A stretch of 64,000 bases of DNA from Octopus vulgaris (Eukaryota): assembly GCA_951406725.2 (NCBI GenBank), contig OX597821.1:48484001-48548000 (forward strand), written 5' to 3'. The notes beneath the pieces were generated by a model, which saw only the letters and a list, made by a program, of their open reading frames with translations, was not told where the DNA came from and ran no database searches. How positions within the stretch are numbered: the first letter of the stretch is position 1; the number at the start of each line of letters is the position of its first letter. The translations under genes and the position numbers were made by a program. Positions 12,777 through 25,151 of the stretch are shown piece after piece.

Positions 12777-13513
12777 TTAATTGTAATCTGAACATAACCG
12801 CTTCTCACACAAAGGATCGGGGGCCCTTTTGGGCGTTCTATTTTCCTTGCTGGAAGGGTTCACAACCCATGGGCAAAGTGGGGTTACATGATGGGGTGGT
12901 GTTTTCAAAAGGGTTAGCATATGCAACCTGATTACCTCTGCCAATCAAACTCCCAACCCATGCGCTCCCGTCACGACACTGATTCTGCAGAACTGGGTTG
13001 GGTATGAAAACCAACTTTAAAGTATAAATATAGATGTTTTTGAATCAACAATGTTCGGTTAAGTCCTATTTGGGGTGAAAAATCAATAAGCTGATTCCTA
13101 ATGGGGTTTTCCATTTAATCAGGATAAAAAAAAATCGATAAACCAATTCCTTATAGGACTTCCCACTAAAATTGGCTACACCCTATTTTCAACCATAACG
13201 TCTACCAATTTTGATGTATTTTGTTCAAAGTTGATGCCAGCATTACTTAGGACTCATGGGATCTTTGAATGCTTTAAGTTTTCCAAAAACGAAAATAAAA
13301 AAAAACAATCGATGAGTGGAAAAAATCGATAAACCGATTCCCTATGGGATTTTCCAATCAAATTGTCTGTAAAATTTCAGCCAAAAGTTTACCAATTTCA
13401 ATGGATTTCACTTAAATTTGACGTCGATGTTACTTAGTTTGCTTTGAAATAAAGAGCTTGATTAGCTTAGTAATCCTAACTTAATTCCGAGCAAAGCCGG
13501 GCTATACTGCTAG
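11820..13513 (+). mobile_element. Non-autonomous Helitron
   Basis: 5' tatataagacaggatgtgtgtgtg; 3' GC hairpin ccgagcaaagccggg followed by CTAG|T at 13510-13514; internal subrepeats (aaaaatcgataaacc at ~13130 and ~13320). Confidence 0.75.
12335..12445 (-). pseudogene. PIF1/Helitron helicase motif VI fragment
   Basis: Translates to HVGLLLW*LLLSPMFTHDQLYIAMSRATDSANL, resembling the consensus VG.DL..PVFSHGQLYVALSR. Confidence 0.7.
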
Positions 13514-14159
13514 TGTTAAATAAAATGAGACAATAAAGCCAAGACTGTGTGAAAGTGTTGTAGTGGTAGACATCATCAGAATGCATAGCCATATGTAGAG
13601 GTAAGGAGAGCGACAGACATAGGGATGCATTGATAACGAGAATAAATACAAAGAATGGTGGGTCTTACATTATAGTAGATATCTTAGTTGATAATTCTGC
13701 TGCGAAGTGGATGTAGGATAGAGGTTATTTTGATCTGTAGTCCCAAGTTTAAGTAAGCGCATGTTCTCCACATGTTTATTCTGGCTAGACTTTTCATCGG
13801 CGGTGTAAGGATAGGGAGTTAACTCTAACTCATGGTGAAAAGGGGACTAACTCTGTCCGGATTACTCAGTCCGGGGTGAGTAAGGTATTTATGTGTCTTT
13901 TGGACCTAAAGTTGTAGGGAGTTCGTAGTAATGGGGGAAGCCCTGAGTAGGTGTAAAATAATTTATTATGAGGTGTGTAAAGCGAGTGGGGGTTAGGAGG
14001 TGAATGTTTGCATGTAAGTAGTTTAAGTGGTTCTCGGTTAAATGGGATTATTTAGATGAAGATGCTAGTGTAAGATTAGTAGGGAACCAAGCGGGTTTAC
14101 CGATGCTTGGAAAAGACAAATAGGCCTATATGTAGACAAAAATTAATGTTCTAACGGTG

Positions 14160-14680
14160 GTTTAGCCGTTAGAATTTCCAAGCGTTCAGTTAAAAGAATG
14201 CACCGTCTATTGGTAGAGTTGTAAGAAGTTGTTTTTGTGAGCATGCGTCATTCTAATCTATATTCTATTTCTTTGTCCTTAAGCTCCCAGATATAGCTAC
14301 TAAGCCCTGTTGAATTTGCCTTACTCCTATATCTGAAGATAGATTGGTGTGCGTTGCACCTAAGTATCATTTGCTTTTTTGTGGCACCTGTATAGGATTT
14401 TATATGGCTATTTCTGTGTACTTCACATTGGTAAACTACGTTTTTAGTCTTATACCTATTAGAGAATTGGCACTTACTTCTGTCCCTGCAGCCACATAAA
14501 TTTTTAGGTATATCTGTGTTCCTGTTGTGTTGTAGGGGGTTATTACTACTCTGATCTTTGTCTGTATTACTAGGAGGCGCTTCATTAGTAGTGGGATATG
14601 TTCTATTAGTCTGTTGGTTGTTAGATTTATTGTTCTTAATTTTCCTAGCTTCATAGAATGTGTCTATTTTTTATTATTAT
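14160..14680 (-). pseudogene. GIY-YIG endonuclease domain of the PLE
   Basis: Manual translation: LCGCRDRSKCQFSNRYKTKNVVYQCEVHRNSHIKSYTGATKKQMILRCNAHQSIFRYRSKANSTGLSSYIWELKDKEIEYRLE*RMLTKTTSYNSTNRRCILLTERLEIL. It shows CxC, VVY, YxGxT, R..H and T.LS.YIW.LK motifs. Confidence 0.85.
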
Positions 14681-14683
14681 TAA

Positions 14684-16385
14684 CTAGCATTATGACCCGT
14701 CGTTGCATATATATATGTGTAAATATATGTGTACATATTACATGTACATCTACACATAAAATACAAAATACAAAGTTATATCTTGATATCGCTAGTGATA
14801 ACAATACTCAAAATATATAACAGACTGGAATTGTAGGCCCGTCTCTTGCAATTTCGATCAATTGTATCTTGTCCTCCCTCTTGTATAGAAGTGTGGCTAC
14901 AATCCAGCCTACCTCTACTTCTGGGGGGACAGTTTTAATTTTTATCCGGGACGTCCTACGTCCCAGATATAAAGGTAAAAATAAAATATTTCCACTTTGC
15001 AAGGTTCGAGTCGAGTACTCCCTTGCACGCTCCGTTGACTCGAACCTTGCTTCTATTGTGGCGAATTTACCGCCTCTGGTTATATACTTGATATTTTTCA
15101 TAGTCGCACCAAGACACTTTTCGATGGTGCTTTCCTCCAGGTGTTCAAATCTTTTTTTTTCTCTAGATTGTATACTTTATACACAATAGTCTTTTCTTTA
15201 ATTTAATTTTTTATTTCGTTTGGTGGTGTTATCTCAGATTCACCGTCTTTGTCGGTGATCAATCCGAAATAGGTTTGTATTTCTTCCATTTTAATTTTAA
15301 TGAGTTCGCGCCCGCCGACGGCTGCAGCAAAATTCATTTTTGGACTTTCTTCTATCGAAGGCATTCTAACAAAAATGCTTCCGTGTAAACGGTGAAAATA
15401 TTGTCAATTTCCCCAAACAGTGACACAATTCAATTTTTAAACAATAACCAAAGCTCCTTCTCCCAAAGGGGGAGGGTTACAGTTTACAATTATTTAACAA
15501 ATGCAACACAACACCGTTTCCCTTACGAGGAACCAACAAACGTGATAACAATAGTTAAATAGTAATAATAATAACAACAAACCTTACGGTGAATCAAAAA
15601 GCAGTACGTAGTTGAAGCTATAGTCCTTTATGTATAAGAAATAAACCAACAGCAGTACTCAGTAGAAGCGGCTTTTCGAGAAAACAGGCCATACATACAG
15701 CCAAACTTCATATAGATACTTAATGTTAGCTAATTAGCAGATAATCTAATGTAAAAGCCGTGGTAAGCGGTATGTGCATACCTCCATCTGGACTATTCCA
15801 TTTCTGCACGCTAATTTAATTTTTAATTTATTTCCATTCATGTGAAACCACTTATTCAAGTTCAAGTCATTGATGCAATTTTATACCAATTGCTATTTTT
15901 ACTTTTGTTATGTTACGATTATATTATACTTTAGTTTGATTTTAATTATTACTTACTACATATAATTCAATTTTTATTGTTAAAGTGAAAGTATCTGACA
16001 TAAAATAGAGAAATGTTTTTGTTTCACTTTTAACACGTAATACTGAAATAGTGGAGAAGATATGGTATTGCTATGGGCTCGCCCTAGGCAAGAAGTTGAA
16101 CATTTTTTTTGGCCATGAAACTACATGGACCCTAAGTAAGGCATGTGTAAAATTTGAATGAAATTGGTTGTGTAGTTCTCAAGTTTTAGGGAATCGTAGT
16201 GGAGAAGATATGATATTGCTGTGGGCTCGCCCTAGGCAAAAAGTTTTAAGATGTTTTGCCAATGACACTCCCCGGGCCCTAAGTAAGGCATGTGTGAAAT
16301 TTGAATGAAATTGGTTGTGTAGTTCTCAAGTTTTAGGGAAACACACAGACAGACAGACACACATTCTCAGTTTTATATATAGAGA
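14684..16385 (-). mobile_element. Non-autonomous Helitron with 2 x 148 bp internal repeat
   Basis: Minus 5' end tctctatatataaaactgagaatgtgtgtctgtctgtctg; 3' end caacgacgggtcataatgCTAG|t; tandem units start at 16049 and 16197. Confidence 0.8.
14818..15700 (-). mobile_element. L1/Tx1 ORF1-like 5' fragment nested in the Helitron
   Basis: Frame from the ATG at 15364 (MPSIEESPKMNFAAAV...) continues, with disruption, into KNIKYITRGGKFATIEARFESTERAREYST...LPLYLGRRTSRIKIKTVPPEVEVGWI, an RRM-like ORF1 pattern. The family assignment is inference. Confidence 0.5.
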
Positions 16386-16775
16386 GGTTGAGGCTATGAT
16401 GGTAGTTAGGTTATTAGTCAGGCTGTGGCCTACTCTAAATAATTTTATTCCTAAATATTGCTGCATATTTATTATTTACGTTTAAGTGTTTATCTATTAT
16501 TTTCATTGATGAGCGAACTATGTTGGATTTGAGGTGCAAGGCGAAAGGGATTATGAGCCAGGTCTTATCACTATAACGTTTATTGTTAGTATTGCTATGT
16601 CTGGTATAGAAACTACCCTCATTGTATGTAAGGCGTGTGAAATCATAAGTTATCGCTTTAGAGTTTATTCTTATAGTTGGGTTTATCTTTACTATTGCTC
16701 CTGTCTGTTTTATTGGGGTTATTTCTGTAAGGTTTATGTGGACTCGATGACCTGGTGTTATTGTTTTTAACAGGG

Positions 16776-17389
16776 TGTAACGAACTTAGTGTGAGTGTGA
16801 TGTGAATATCTTGTCTTGTACTTTCGGGGTACAAGAAAGCAATCACTCACTAGCCGTTGCTTTAATAATCCAGATTTCTACCAGTCAGAAACAACAAGAC
16901 GCAGACGTAAAATATATATATACTACTTTATTCTCTTTCTTGGTAACAATAACAATAAGTGTGTTATCTGATGTCCTTGGTTCTGGGCGCGCAAGGCTGA
17001 AAGTTAATCGATTGTAATATTTACAATCTTCAGCCGCCAAAAACAGAAACGGATTCAAGATGGCGTCGAACAATGGAGACGATGTTGGTCTGCAACAATT
17101 TGGTTAAAGCCCTTTTGGTAAGGACTGCTAGAAGCTAGTTCGAACGGAGAGAAAATATATCGCGACCGTTGCCTTCAATCGCTGGGTCCCAAGTCGCCGC
17201 TGCTGCTGCCACCGGTCAAACGTTCTACGACCCCCTTACCTTGGCTAACCACCAGGTAGGCAAAAGGGTCGTGCTTCCGGTGGTTCGCGCATGCGCGAGA
17301 GGGCCCTTCCTCTCACTTGGTGAAGGCACCAACACGCGCGAAATACAAATGGACGGTGCGCGAGCGCGCGCCGTTATAGGGTCACTACA
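16776..17389 (-). mobile_element. Solo LTR (Gypsy-like), 614 bp
   Basis: TGTAACGA...TCACTACA termini, 4-bp target duplication AGGG (16772-16775 and 17390-17393), AATAAA on the minus strand near 16926, CpG-rich. Confidence 0.75.
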
Positions 17390-17821
17390 AGGGTTTATCT
17401 TTGTTCTTTGGGCTCTCTGTTTTTATTCTTATCCATGAGTAGGTTTATATTATTCTTGTTGTAGCTATTATTATTTTTCAACTTATTTTTATAATTCGTT
17501 TTATTAGTCGTTAACGTTGTTAATTTTATTGATTATTGTTCGTATTCATGTTGTCGTTGTTTATAATATTATTGGTGATTTGTGTATGGGACTTAACATT
17601 GTTTCTATAGCTATTATTTTTTGTTGAGCTTATCTATGCTGTTCTTATTGTTGGTGTTGTTTGTAGTGATGTTTGATGTGTGGTTAGTGTTAATGGTATT
17701 ATCGTGTGGATTTCTGTTATTTAGATTATTTGTATAGTGTAAGACTCACCATTCTTTGTCTTTATTCTCGTGACCAATGTATCCTTATGTCTTTCGCTCC
17801 CCTTACCTCTATATATGACTC

Positions 17822-17877
17822 TACATTCTGATGATACCTACCACTACAACTGGTAATCAGAAACGATCGTAAATGTA
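17822..17877 (+). ncRNA. Type I minimal hammerhead ribozyme in the PLE pseudo-LTR
   Basis: tacatt-CTGATGA-ta-cc-tacca-ctacaac-tggta-at-ca-GAAAC-gatc-GTA-aatgta, with a perfect 6-bp stem I, intact core and palindromic GATC stem III loop. Confidence 0.8.
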
Positions 17878-18024
17878 CTATTACTACTACTTTTCTTTAT
17901 TGATTAAGTAAATTAATGGTTTACTAGCGCAAACGACCTTCTTCCTATTATTTTTCCTTCATTTTCTTCTTCCATATGTGTGTGTGTATGTATTTATATG
18001 TATATATATGTTATTATATACAAC

Positions 18025-18088
<64 letters not shown>

Positions 18089-18148
18089 TTAGCAATTAAG
18101 GACAACTACTTAATATATAGGTAGATATGAAAGACCTATATATAATTA

Positions 18149-18188
<40 letters not shown>

Positions 18189-18329
18189 GTTCTTAGCATA
18201 TTGGCATAGAAATAATTTTTCTTTTGCCTTTGTTTATAAGCTGTTTATAATTTTAACCTTTAAAGGTATTTTAATATGCTGCAACTTTTGATGAAATTTT
18301 TTTCTGAAAAATATAAACCTATATTAGTA

Positions 18330-18396
<67 letters not shown>

Positions 18397-18399
<3 letters not shown>

Positions 18400-18555
18400 C
18401 TTTTTTCAGTTTCCAGCTACGAAATCCACTTGCAAAGCTTTGGTCAGCCCGAGACTATAGTAGAAGACATTTGCCTAAAGTGCCATGCAGTGGGACTGAA
18501 CCTGGATCCATATGGTTGAGAAGCAAGCTTCTTACCACATTGCACGCCTGTACCT
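18397..18555 (-). mobile_element. SINE family A, 5' half
   Basis: aggcttttttcagtttcc...aaatccact...tagtagaagacatttgcc...cttcttaccaca is the reverse complement of the family A head. Confidence 0.75.
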
Positions 18556-18772
18556 AGTTATGGAAATTTAAAAGTGAAATGAAAACCAGAGCAACACAAG
18601 AAAATATAAATATCGTAGAAGAGAAAGTGAGAGATCCTTGAGAAAATATCATATTTGAAAGCCCTCAAGCCAGAGAAGATATTCCGAGATTTGGGGTCAA
18701 ATACACACATCTGTATGCCTACATGTTTTTACTGATTGTATAGAAAATGGAACACATATCAAATGCTACTTC

Positions 18773-18774
<2 letters not shown>

Positions 18775-18828
<54 letters not shown>

Positions 18829-20370
18829 TATCATCATCACCATCATTATCATCATCATCATCATTATCATCATCATCACCATTTAACGTCTGGTAAGGTG
18901 AGGGGATGCACCAAACTTCAGTCTGACCTGGCATGGCTTCTACAGCTGGACACCCTTCCTAATGCCAACCACTTCAAGAGTGTAATGAGTGCTTTTACAT
19001 GCCATCGGCATGGGTGCCAATTGCATAACACCAGTATCAGCCATGACTACGAATTCACTTGGTTTGATGGATCTTCTACTTACGCATGGCAAATTGCTGA
19101 AGGTCTCAGTCATTTGTCATTGCTTCTGTGGGGCCCAACACTTGAAAGGTGCTTTTTATATGTCATCTGTGTGGATGCCAGTTATGTGACTGGGTCTTCT
19201 CAAGCATGGCATATCGCTAAAGGTTTCAGTCACTAGTCATTACTTCTGTTAGACCCAACGTTCGAAGATCATGCTTCACTACCTCATCACATGGCTTCCT
19301 GGGTCTACTCTTTCCTCAAGTTCTCTCCACCGTTAAGATATCAGTACTTCTTTACAGAGCTGTCCTTGTCCATATGCATCACATGACCATACCAGCACAG
19401 TCGCCTCACTTATACACCACATTTGATTCTGCTTATGCCCATCTTTTCTCTCAAGACGGTCGCACTCTGTCGTACACTGACGTTGCACATCCAGAAAAAC
19501 ATGTTAGCTTCGTTTCTTTCAAGCCTACGCATATCCTCAACAGTCACAGGCTATGTTTCGCTGGTGTGTAGCATAGCTGTATGCACACGGGCATTATACA
19601 GTCTGTTTTTCATTCTGAGGGAGAGGCCCTTTGTTGCCAACAGAGGCAGGAGCTATTTGAACTTTGCCAAGCTTATTCTTATTCCCACAGCTATGCTCTC
19701 AGAGCATCCACTTCTGCTACTGACTTGGTCCCCAAGATCACTGAAGTTATCAACTACCTCTAGCCTACCCACATAGGTACATTTCCTGTACATTTTTAGT
19801 GTTTATTATACCAGCACACTTTCCACACACAAAAATTATTTTCCCAGTTAACCTTCCTCTGAAATTGTTGTGCCTCTTATGTGTCCATAGCTTGCACTGG
19901 GTACATCTTAGCTCTAATGGCACTGGGTACATCTTAGCTCTTAATGGCCCTGTCCACCACATTGATCTACCACCATGTCACCCTAGGTCTGGTTGGGACT
20001 TTGCACTGTCCACAAATTTGGTTTGTGACTCTCAGTAAATTGTCTTGTTGGAACTTCCAGTTATCCTCTATATTGCAAGTTTGTAACTCCTCCTCTTTCT
20101 CATCAAATGCTTCAGTTAGGAAGTCCCTAAACCTCTGGGTATTCAAAGAATCCTTAAGCTTCTGGATCTTTCTTTTCCAAACTGGCTTGCTTCTTGGAAT
20201 CCTTCATGCCTGCAGTTTGAAGTCACTAACAAGTAACCTATACTGAGAGGTACACTCTTCACTGGGGAAGGATTCTGCATTTATGAGCAGCCATGAATCT
20301 TGCTTTATGGTGAGAATGTAGTCAATCTGGTCAGTATGGTCACCAGATTTATAGGTAATCAAGTGACTCT
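18775..20370 (-). mobile_element. RTE LINE family 1, decayed, internally deleted, with (ATC)n tail
   Basis: The (CAT)n tract plus tttaacg marks the 3' end. Minus-strand remnants include RCTQCKLWTHKR...FVCGKC and segments homologous to 37480-39740. Confidence 0.8.
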
Positions 20371-21198
20371 TTGCTGTTAATTCCTCTTACGCATACCACC
20401 CCTCTAATAAAAGAGGTTTTATTGAATATTCTGTAAGCACAAGTTCTCAAAATTATAAACTAAAGTTTAAGATACAAAGGTTTTCTCTATCCCATTTATT
20501 GAGATAGACATCTGAATGCCTCAAAATCCTTATTATTAGAGTTATTTATTTATTTAATATTGACAGGTTTAATTTTGGAAGATTTGGTTGCTATTTCTAC
20601 CAAATCATATGATATAGAAACTTCATCATCATCATCATCATCATCATTATCATCATCATTATCATCATTTAATATCTCTTTTCCTTGCTGGCATGGGTTA
20701 GACTGTTTAAAAGGAGCTGGCAAGTCAAAGGACAGCACCAAGCTCTACTGTCCACTTTGGCATGGTGTCTATGACTAGATGCCCTTCTTAACTCCAACTA
20801 CTTTACAGTGTACTCATCGGTTTTTCATTATTTGTTCTGAGTTCAAATTCCACCAAGGTTAACTTTGCCTTTCATCCTTTCGGGGTTGATAAATTAAGTA
20901 CCAGTTGAGTACTGGGGTCGATGTGATTGACTGTGCCACTCCCAACAAAATCCAGGCCATGTGCTATAGTAGAAAGGATTATTCTTTTACTATTGTTGCT
21001 ATTTCAGACACAGTGTACTTAGGACTATATTAGCTAATGTTTCCTTCCACTGTAAACATTTTATATCAGTAAGATTTAGCTGCTATTTCAGACACAGTGT
21101 ATCTAGGACTACATTATCCAATGTATACTTCCAATATAAGGTGTTCATACCAGTGAAAATTGGCTCCTATTTCATATATTTTATATTATTATACTTAT

Positions 21199-21370
21199 AG
21201 GCATAGGAGTGGCTGTGTGGTAAGTAGCTTGCTTATGAACCACATAGTTCTAGGTTCAGTTCCACTGCGTGGCACCTTGGGCAAGTGTCTTCTACTATAG
21301 CCTCAGGCCAACCAAAGCCTTGTGAGTGGATTTAGTAGATGGAAACTGAAAGAAGCCGATCGTATATATG

Positions 21371-21427
<57 letters not shown>

Positions 21428-21640
21428 ATTTGTGTGTCTGTGTTTGTCCCCCCAACATCGCTTGACAACCGATGATGGTGTGTTTACATCCCCATAACTT
21501 AGCGGTTCGGCAAAAGAGACCAATAGAATAAGTACTAGGCTAACAAAGAATAAGTCCTGGGGTCGGTTTGCTCAACTAAAAGGCGGTGCTCCTGCATGGC
21601 CACAGTCAAATGACTGAAACAAGAAAAAGAGTAAAAGAGT
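21199..21640 (+). mobile_element. SINE family A, full length
   Basis: Complete head, internal (TA)/(TG) tract and gaaacaagaaaaagagtaaaagagt tail. Confidence 0.9.
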
Positions 21641-21647
21641 TATGTGA

Positions 21648-21870
21648 AGGCAGCGGGCTGCAGAATCGTTAGCACACTGGGTAAAATGCTTAGTGGTATT
21701 TCATCTGCTGCTACATTCTGAGTTCAAATCCTTCCAAGGCCGACTTTGCCTTCCATCCTTTTGGGGTCGATGAAATAATTATCAGTTGAGCACAGGTGCT
21801 GATGTAATCGACTAACCACCCCCTTATCACCAAAAAAATTTCAAGGCCTTATGCCTAGAGAAGAAATAAT
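21648..21870 (+). mobile_element. SINE family B (diverged)
   Basis: ggcagcgggctgcagaatcgttagcac...gactttgccttccatccttttggggtcgat. Confidence 0.75.
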
Positions 21871-22711
21871 TATTGTACTCTCTTGTCTAAAGACAGTAGT
21901 GTATGTTATCTGAGGGAAATCTAGTTAATATTTCTAGCTGGTCAAACAACAGTGTAGATTACTATTTTACTCATTTCAGTCATGTGGCTGTGGTCATACT
22001 GGAGCATCACCCTTTATTAGTCCAAACTTAATTTGTTTTGTAGTTTATTAGAAATGTATTTACTTACTCCATTGTTTATTCATAGACTGATAAATTCAAA
22101 TCAATGTGAAATTGTCTTCTTAATATATATACCTCTATTGAAATTTAAGAATCCACTAGATATAAAGTGATACTGATTTTATATTTATCTTCTGAATTTA
22201 TTGAATGTGTAGGAAAAAGATATTTAATTATGAGAAGAAAAAATGCTTTTCTAGTAATGTTTCCATTTGTTATTTTGAAAAGAAAGAAAAACTATGGACA
22301 AGGAAATTGAAAGAATATGAGTCACACAGCTGAGGAGTTAGTAAATATATCATACTGCGTGGTAGTTCTATAGTTTACAATAACCAATAAAGTTCATAAA
22401 TAAGTTATTAGGAGGAGAGATGCGTTCTGATATTTCTAATAAGGCAATTTATCTTAGAAATATGAAGGAGGCTATACCCTCATCTTCAGAATACATTTCT
22501 CCACAAAATACACTAACGTAAAAACACCTTTCTTTCACAGCTAATATATATATCTTATTCCCTGAATTTTATCAACTGTCATTTTTTTCTGATACTGACC
22601 AGTAGATGTAGTTCACTTGAAAGAATATTGTCTTTCATTTCTAATGACAGATTTTCCTACAAGATTACAAAAACCTGGCATTCTACCCAAATAGATTATC
22701 TTTTATTTCAT

Positions 22712-22980
22712 AGCTTAGCAGCAGTAACTATGATCTATGGAAAGTTAACTTTCTTAACACTTGACGCAGCTCAACAGCAGTCACAATAATTAAATTATGA
22801 ACAGTTAATTGGCTTAAAATAGACATAGCTCAGCATCAGTAGCAAAAACTGAGCCGTCAAGAATTCAATGTTTAACCATTCAATCAACTCAGCAGCAGTA
22901 ACAATAATTAAGCAGTGAGCAGTTAACTGGTTTAACAATAGCCACAGTTCAGTACCAGTGGCAATAATTGATCAAACCAT
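22712..22980. repeat. Degenerate ~59 bp minisatellite, 5 units
   Basis: The motif agctcagcagcagtaacaataat recurs at 22712, 22768, 22827, 22886 and 22946. Confidence 0.7.
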
Positions 22981-24764
22981 TGTTCAACTTTTTATTGAGA
23001 TCTTATTGAGTTGCGATCTTCAGCAAATTAATCGTTTTTCTTTGCCATCATTAAATCATTATATGATCATCAAAAGACACTTGTTTCTATAGTGTTAAAC
23101 AAATCTAATAAACATCTCTTTTTGTTTACAGGTCGATCACATAGATTTTACAAGCAATACATTTAAACTTGGTACTTTCATTATTTCGAGTTGTTTCATT
23201 AAACCACTTTGTGCTGAATAATTAGATCTAAGTGGACTTGTCCATTGTAAATTAATGACTTTGTCACAGACACAAGGCAGTTCTAGTGACAATATAAGCT
23301 AAGTGTAGTTAAGAAAGTTAACTTTCTTAACACTTGATGCAGCTCAACAGCAGTCACAATAATTAAATTATGAACGGTTAATTGGCTTAAAATAGACATA
23401 GCTCAGCATCAGTAGCAAAAACTAAGCCGTCAAGAATTCAATATTTAACCATTCAATCAACTCAAGACAAGCCCAGTAACAATATAAGTTAAGTGCCATT
23501 GTCATAGCCCCAAGGTTGTCCTTGTGAGAATAAGCTAAATGTGCTTGTCATGGACACAAGACTGGCCCTGTAAGTATATAAGAACTGCCAATTTGCCATT
23601 TTATCGACTAGAAGACCCGCAGTTTCTACAAAATTAAGCTACATGAATCTAACAGAAATAGTAATGATCGTAATTATAGACATTTGTTATATAGAATATG
23701 TTTTTTATTGATTTTTCCCATGGCTTGCCACCATTCATAATTAACACATTTTGATAGTGATGAAGACAGTCATTGACATGTTTCTATCCATAGAGGAATA
23801 ATTATTGATTTAGTGGAAGGAATTTATAAAAGACTTAACCAAACAAGTAAAACTTGCTTGAAAGGCCAAATAGATGTGAGCTGAGTAGATGATACTTGGA
23901 TGTTAAAAGAATTATTTATTAGTTGCAATATGTAGGACAGGCAACTGTACAAGTATAACTAAGGGCAACATCTGGTAGAAAAGGAATGTAGGGATTGTAC
24001 ATAATGAGTTGATGATAGATGTCCACGTCAGGTGGATGAAGAAAATAATGGGAAGAGGTGGTCATGTCTTATCCTCTGAGAAAATTAAGTTTGAAAGATT
24101 GGTGATACAATATTGAGATAAGAAGTTATACAACATTCCATATCAGCTTGTACCTCCAACTTTACCCAACATATAAATAGCATAAAAACAATCAATATTA
24201 AAATGATGACGACGATGATGATGATGATGATGAGGAGGAGGAGGAGGAGGAGGGGGGCGGAGGGGGAGGGTTCAATGAAGCATGTCTGCAACATTTGATC
24301 AGAACAATTGTAATGCAATAACTAATACACGGGAAAATTCCAAATGTTTTCAGATTCTGGCTGTGTGCTTAAGAAGAAGTTCACTCCTCAACCATGTTGT
24401 TCTGGGTTCAGTTTCACTGCATGACACTTTGAGCAAGTGTCTTTTACTGTTACCCCAAGTCAATCAATGTCTTGTAAGGGAACTTGGTAGAAGGAAACTA
24501 TGCAGAAGCACACAATGTGGACATGTGAGTGTATGTGTGTGTGCATGAGTGTATGTTTGGGTTTGCCTTTTCACCACATGTCAACTAAGTGGCTCAGCAT
24601 AAATGAAGCTAATAAAATAATTACCAAACTTAAAATAATCATTAGGGTTGATTTGCTTACCTAAAAAACTGGTGCTGTTCAAGCTTGCCCACTAGTGAAA
24701 GAATAAGATAATAAGCATAATTTGTGACATTTGTCTCTTGTTATATTTCCCTTAATATAGATCT

Positions 24765-25151
24765 GGGAGGCGCAATGGCCCAGTGGTTAGGGCAGCGGAC
24801 TCACGGTCATAGGATCGCGGTTTCGATTCCCAGACCGGGCGTTGTGAGTGTTTATTGAGCGAAAACACCTAAAGCTCCACGAGCCTCCAGCAGGGGATGG
24901 TGGTGATCCCTGCTGTACTCTTTCACCACAACTTTCTCTCACTCTTACTTCCTGTTTCTGTTGTACCTGTATTTCAAAGGGCCGGCCTTGTCACTCTCTG
25001 TGTCATGCTGAATATCCCCGAGAACTACGTTAAGGGTACACGTGTCTGTGGAGTGCTCAGCCACTTACACGTTAATTTCACGAGCAGGCTGTTCCGTTGA
25101 TTCGGATCAACCGGAACCCTCGTTGTCGTAACCAACGGAGTGCTTCCATCC
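24765..25151 (+). mobile_element. tRNA-derived SINE family C, variant 1, with 11-bp TSD
   Basis: Head ggaggcgcaatggcccagtggttagggcagcggactc...ggtttcgattcc; TSD aatatagatct at 24754-24764 and 25152-25162. Confidence 0.9.

Larger units (their letters stand above)
13557..17975 (-). mobile_element. Penelope-like (Naiad-like) element with inverted pseudo-LTRs, split by a Helitron and a solo LTR
   Basis: 13557-13674 is an inverted copy of 17733-17850, and both contain the CTGATGA hammerhead core. Minus-strand coding remnants lie between them: Asn-rich region, WLIIPF linker and GIY-YIG domain. Confidence 0.8.

Noticed and set aside
14245-14255. In-frame TGA in the Naiad-like GIY-YIG as selenocysteine
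   Set aside because: It falls at a position where Trp is expected (TGG to TGA decay), not at a Cys, and no SECIS was identified.
22712-22980. CRISPR-like repeat-spacer array
   Set aside because: Units are degenerate along their whole length, the context is eukaryotic, and there are no cas genes.
24765-24845. Possible tRNA genes (also 36651, 42541, 48830-48908)
   Set aside because: A/B boxes are present but there is no proper acceptor stem. They continue into SINE bodies, some with TSDs.
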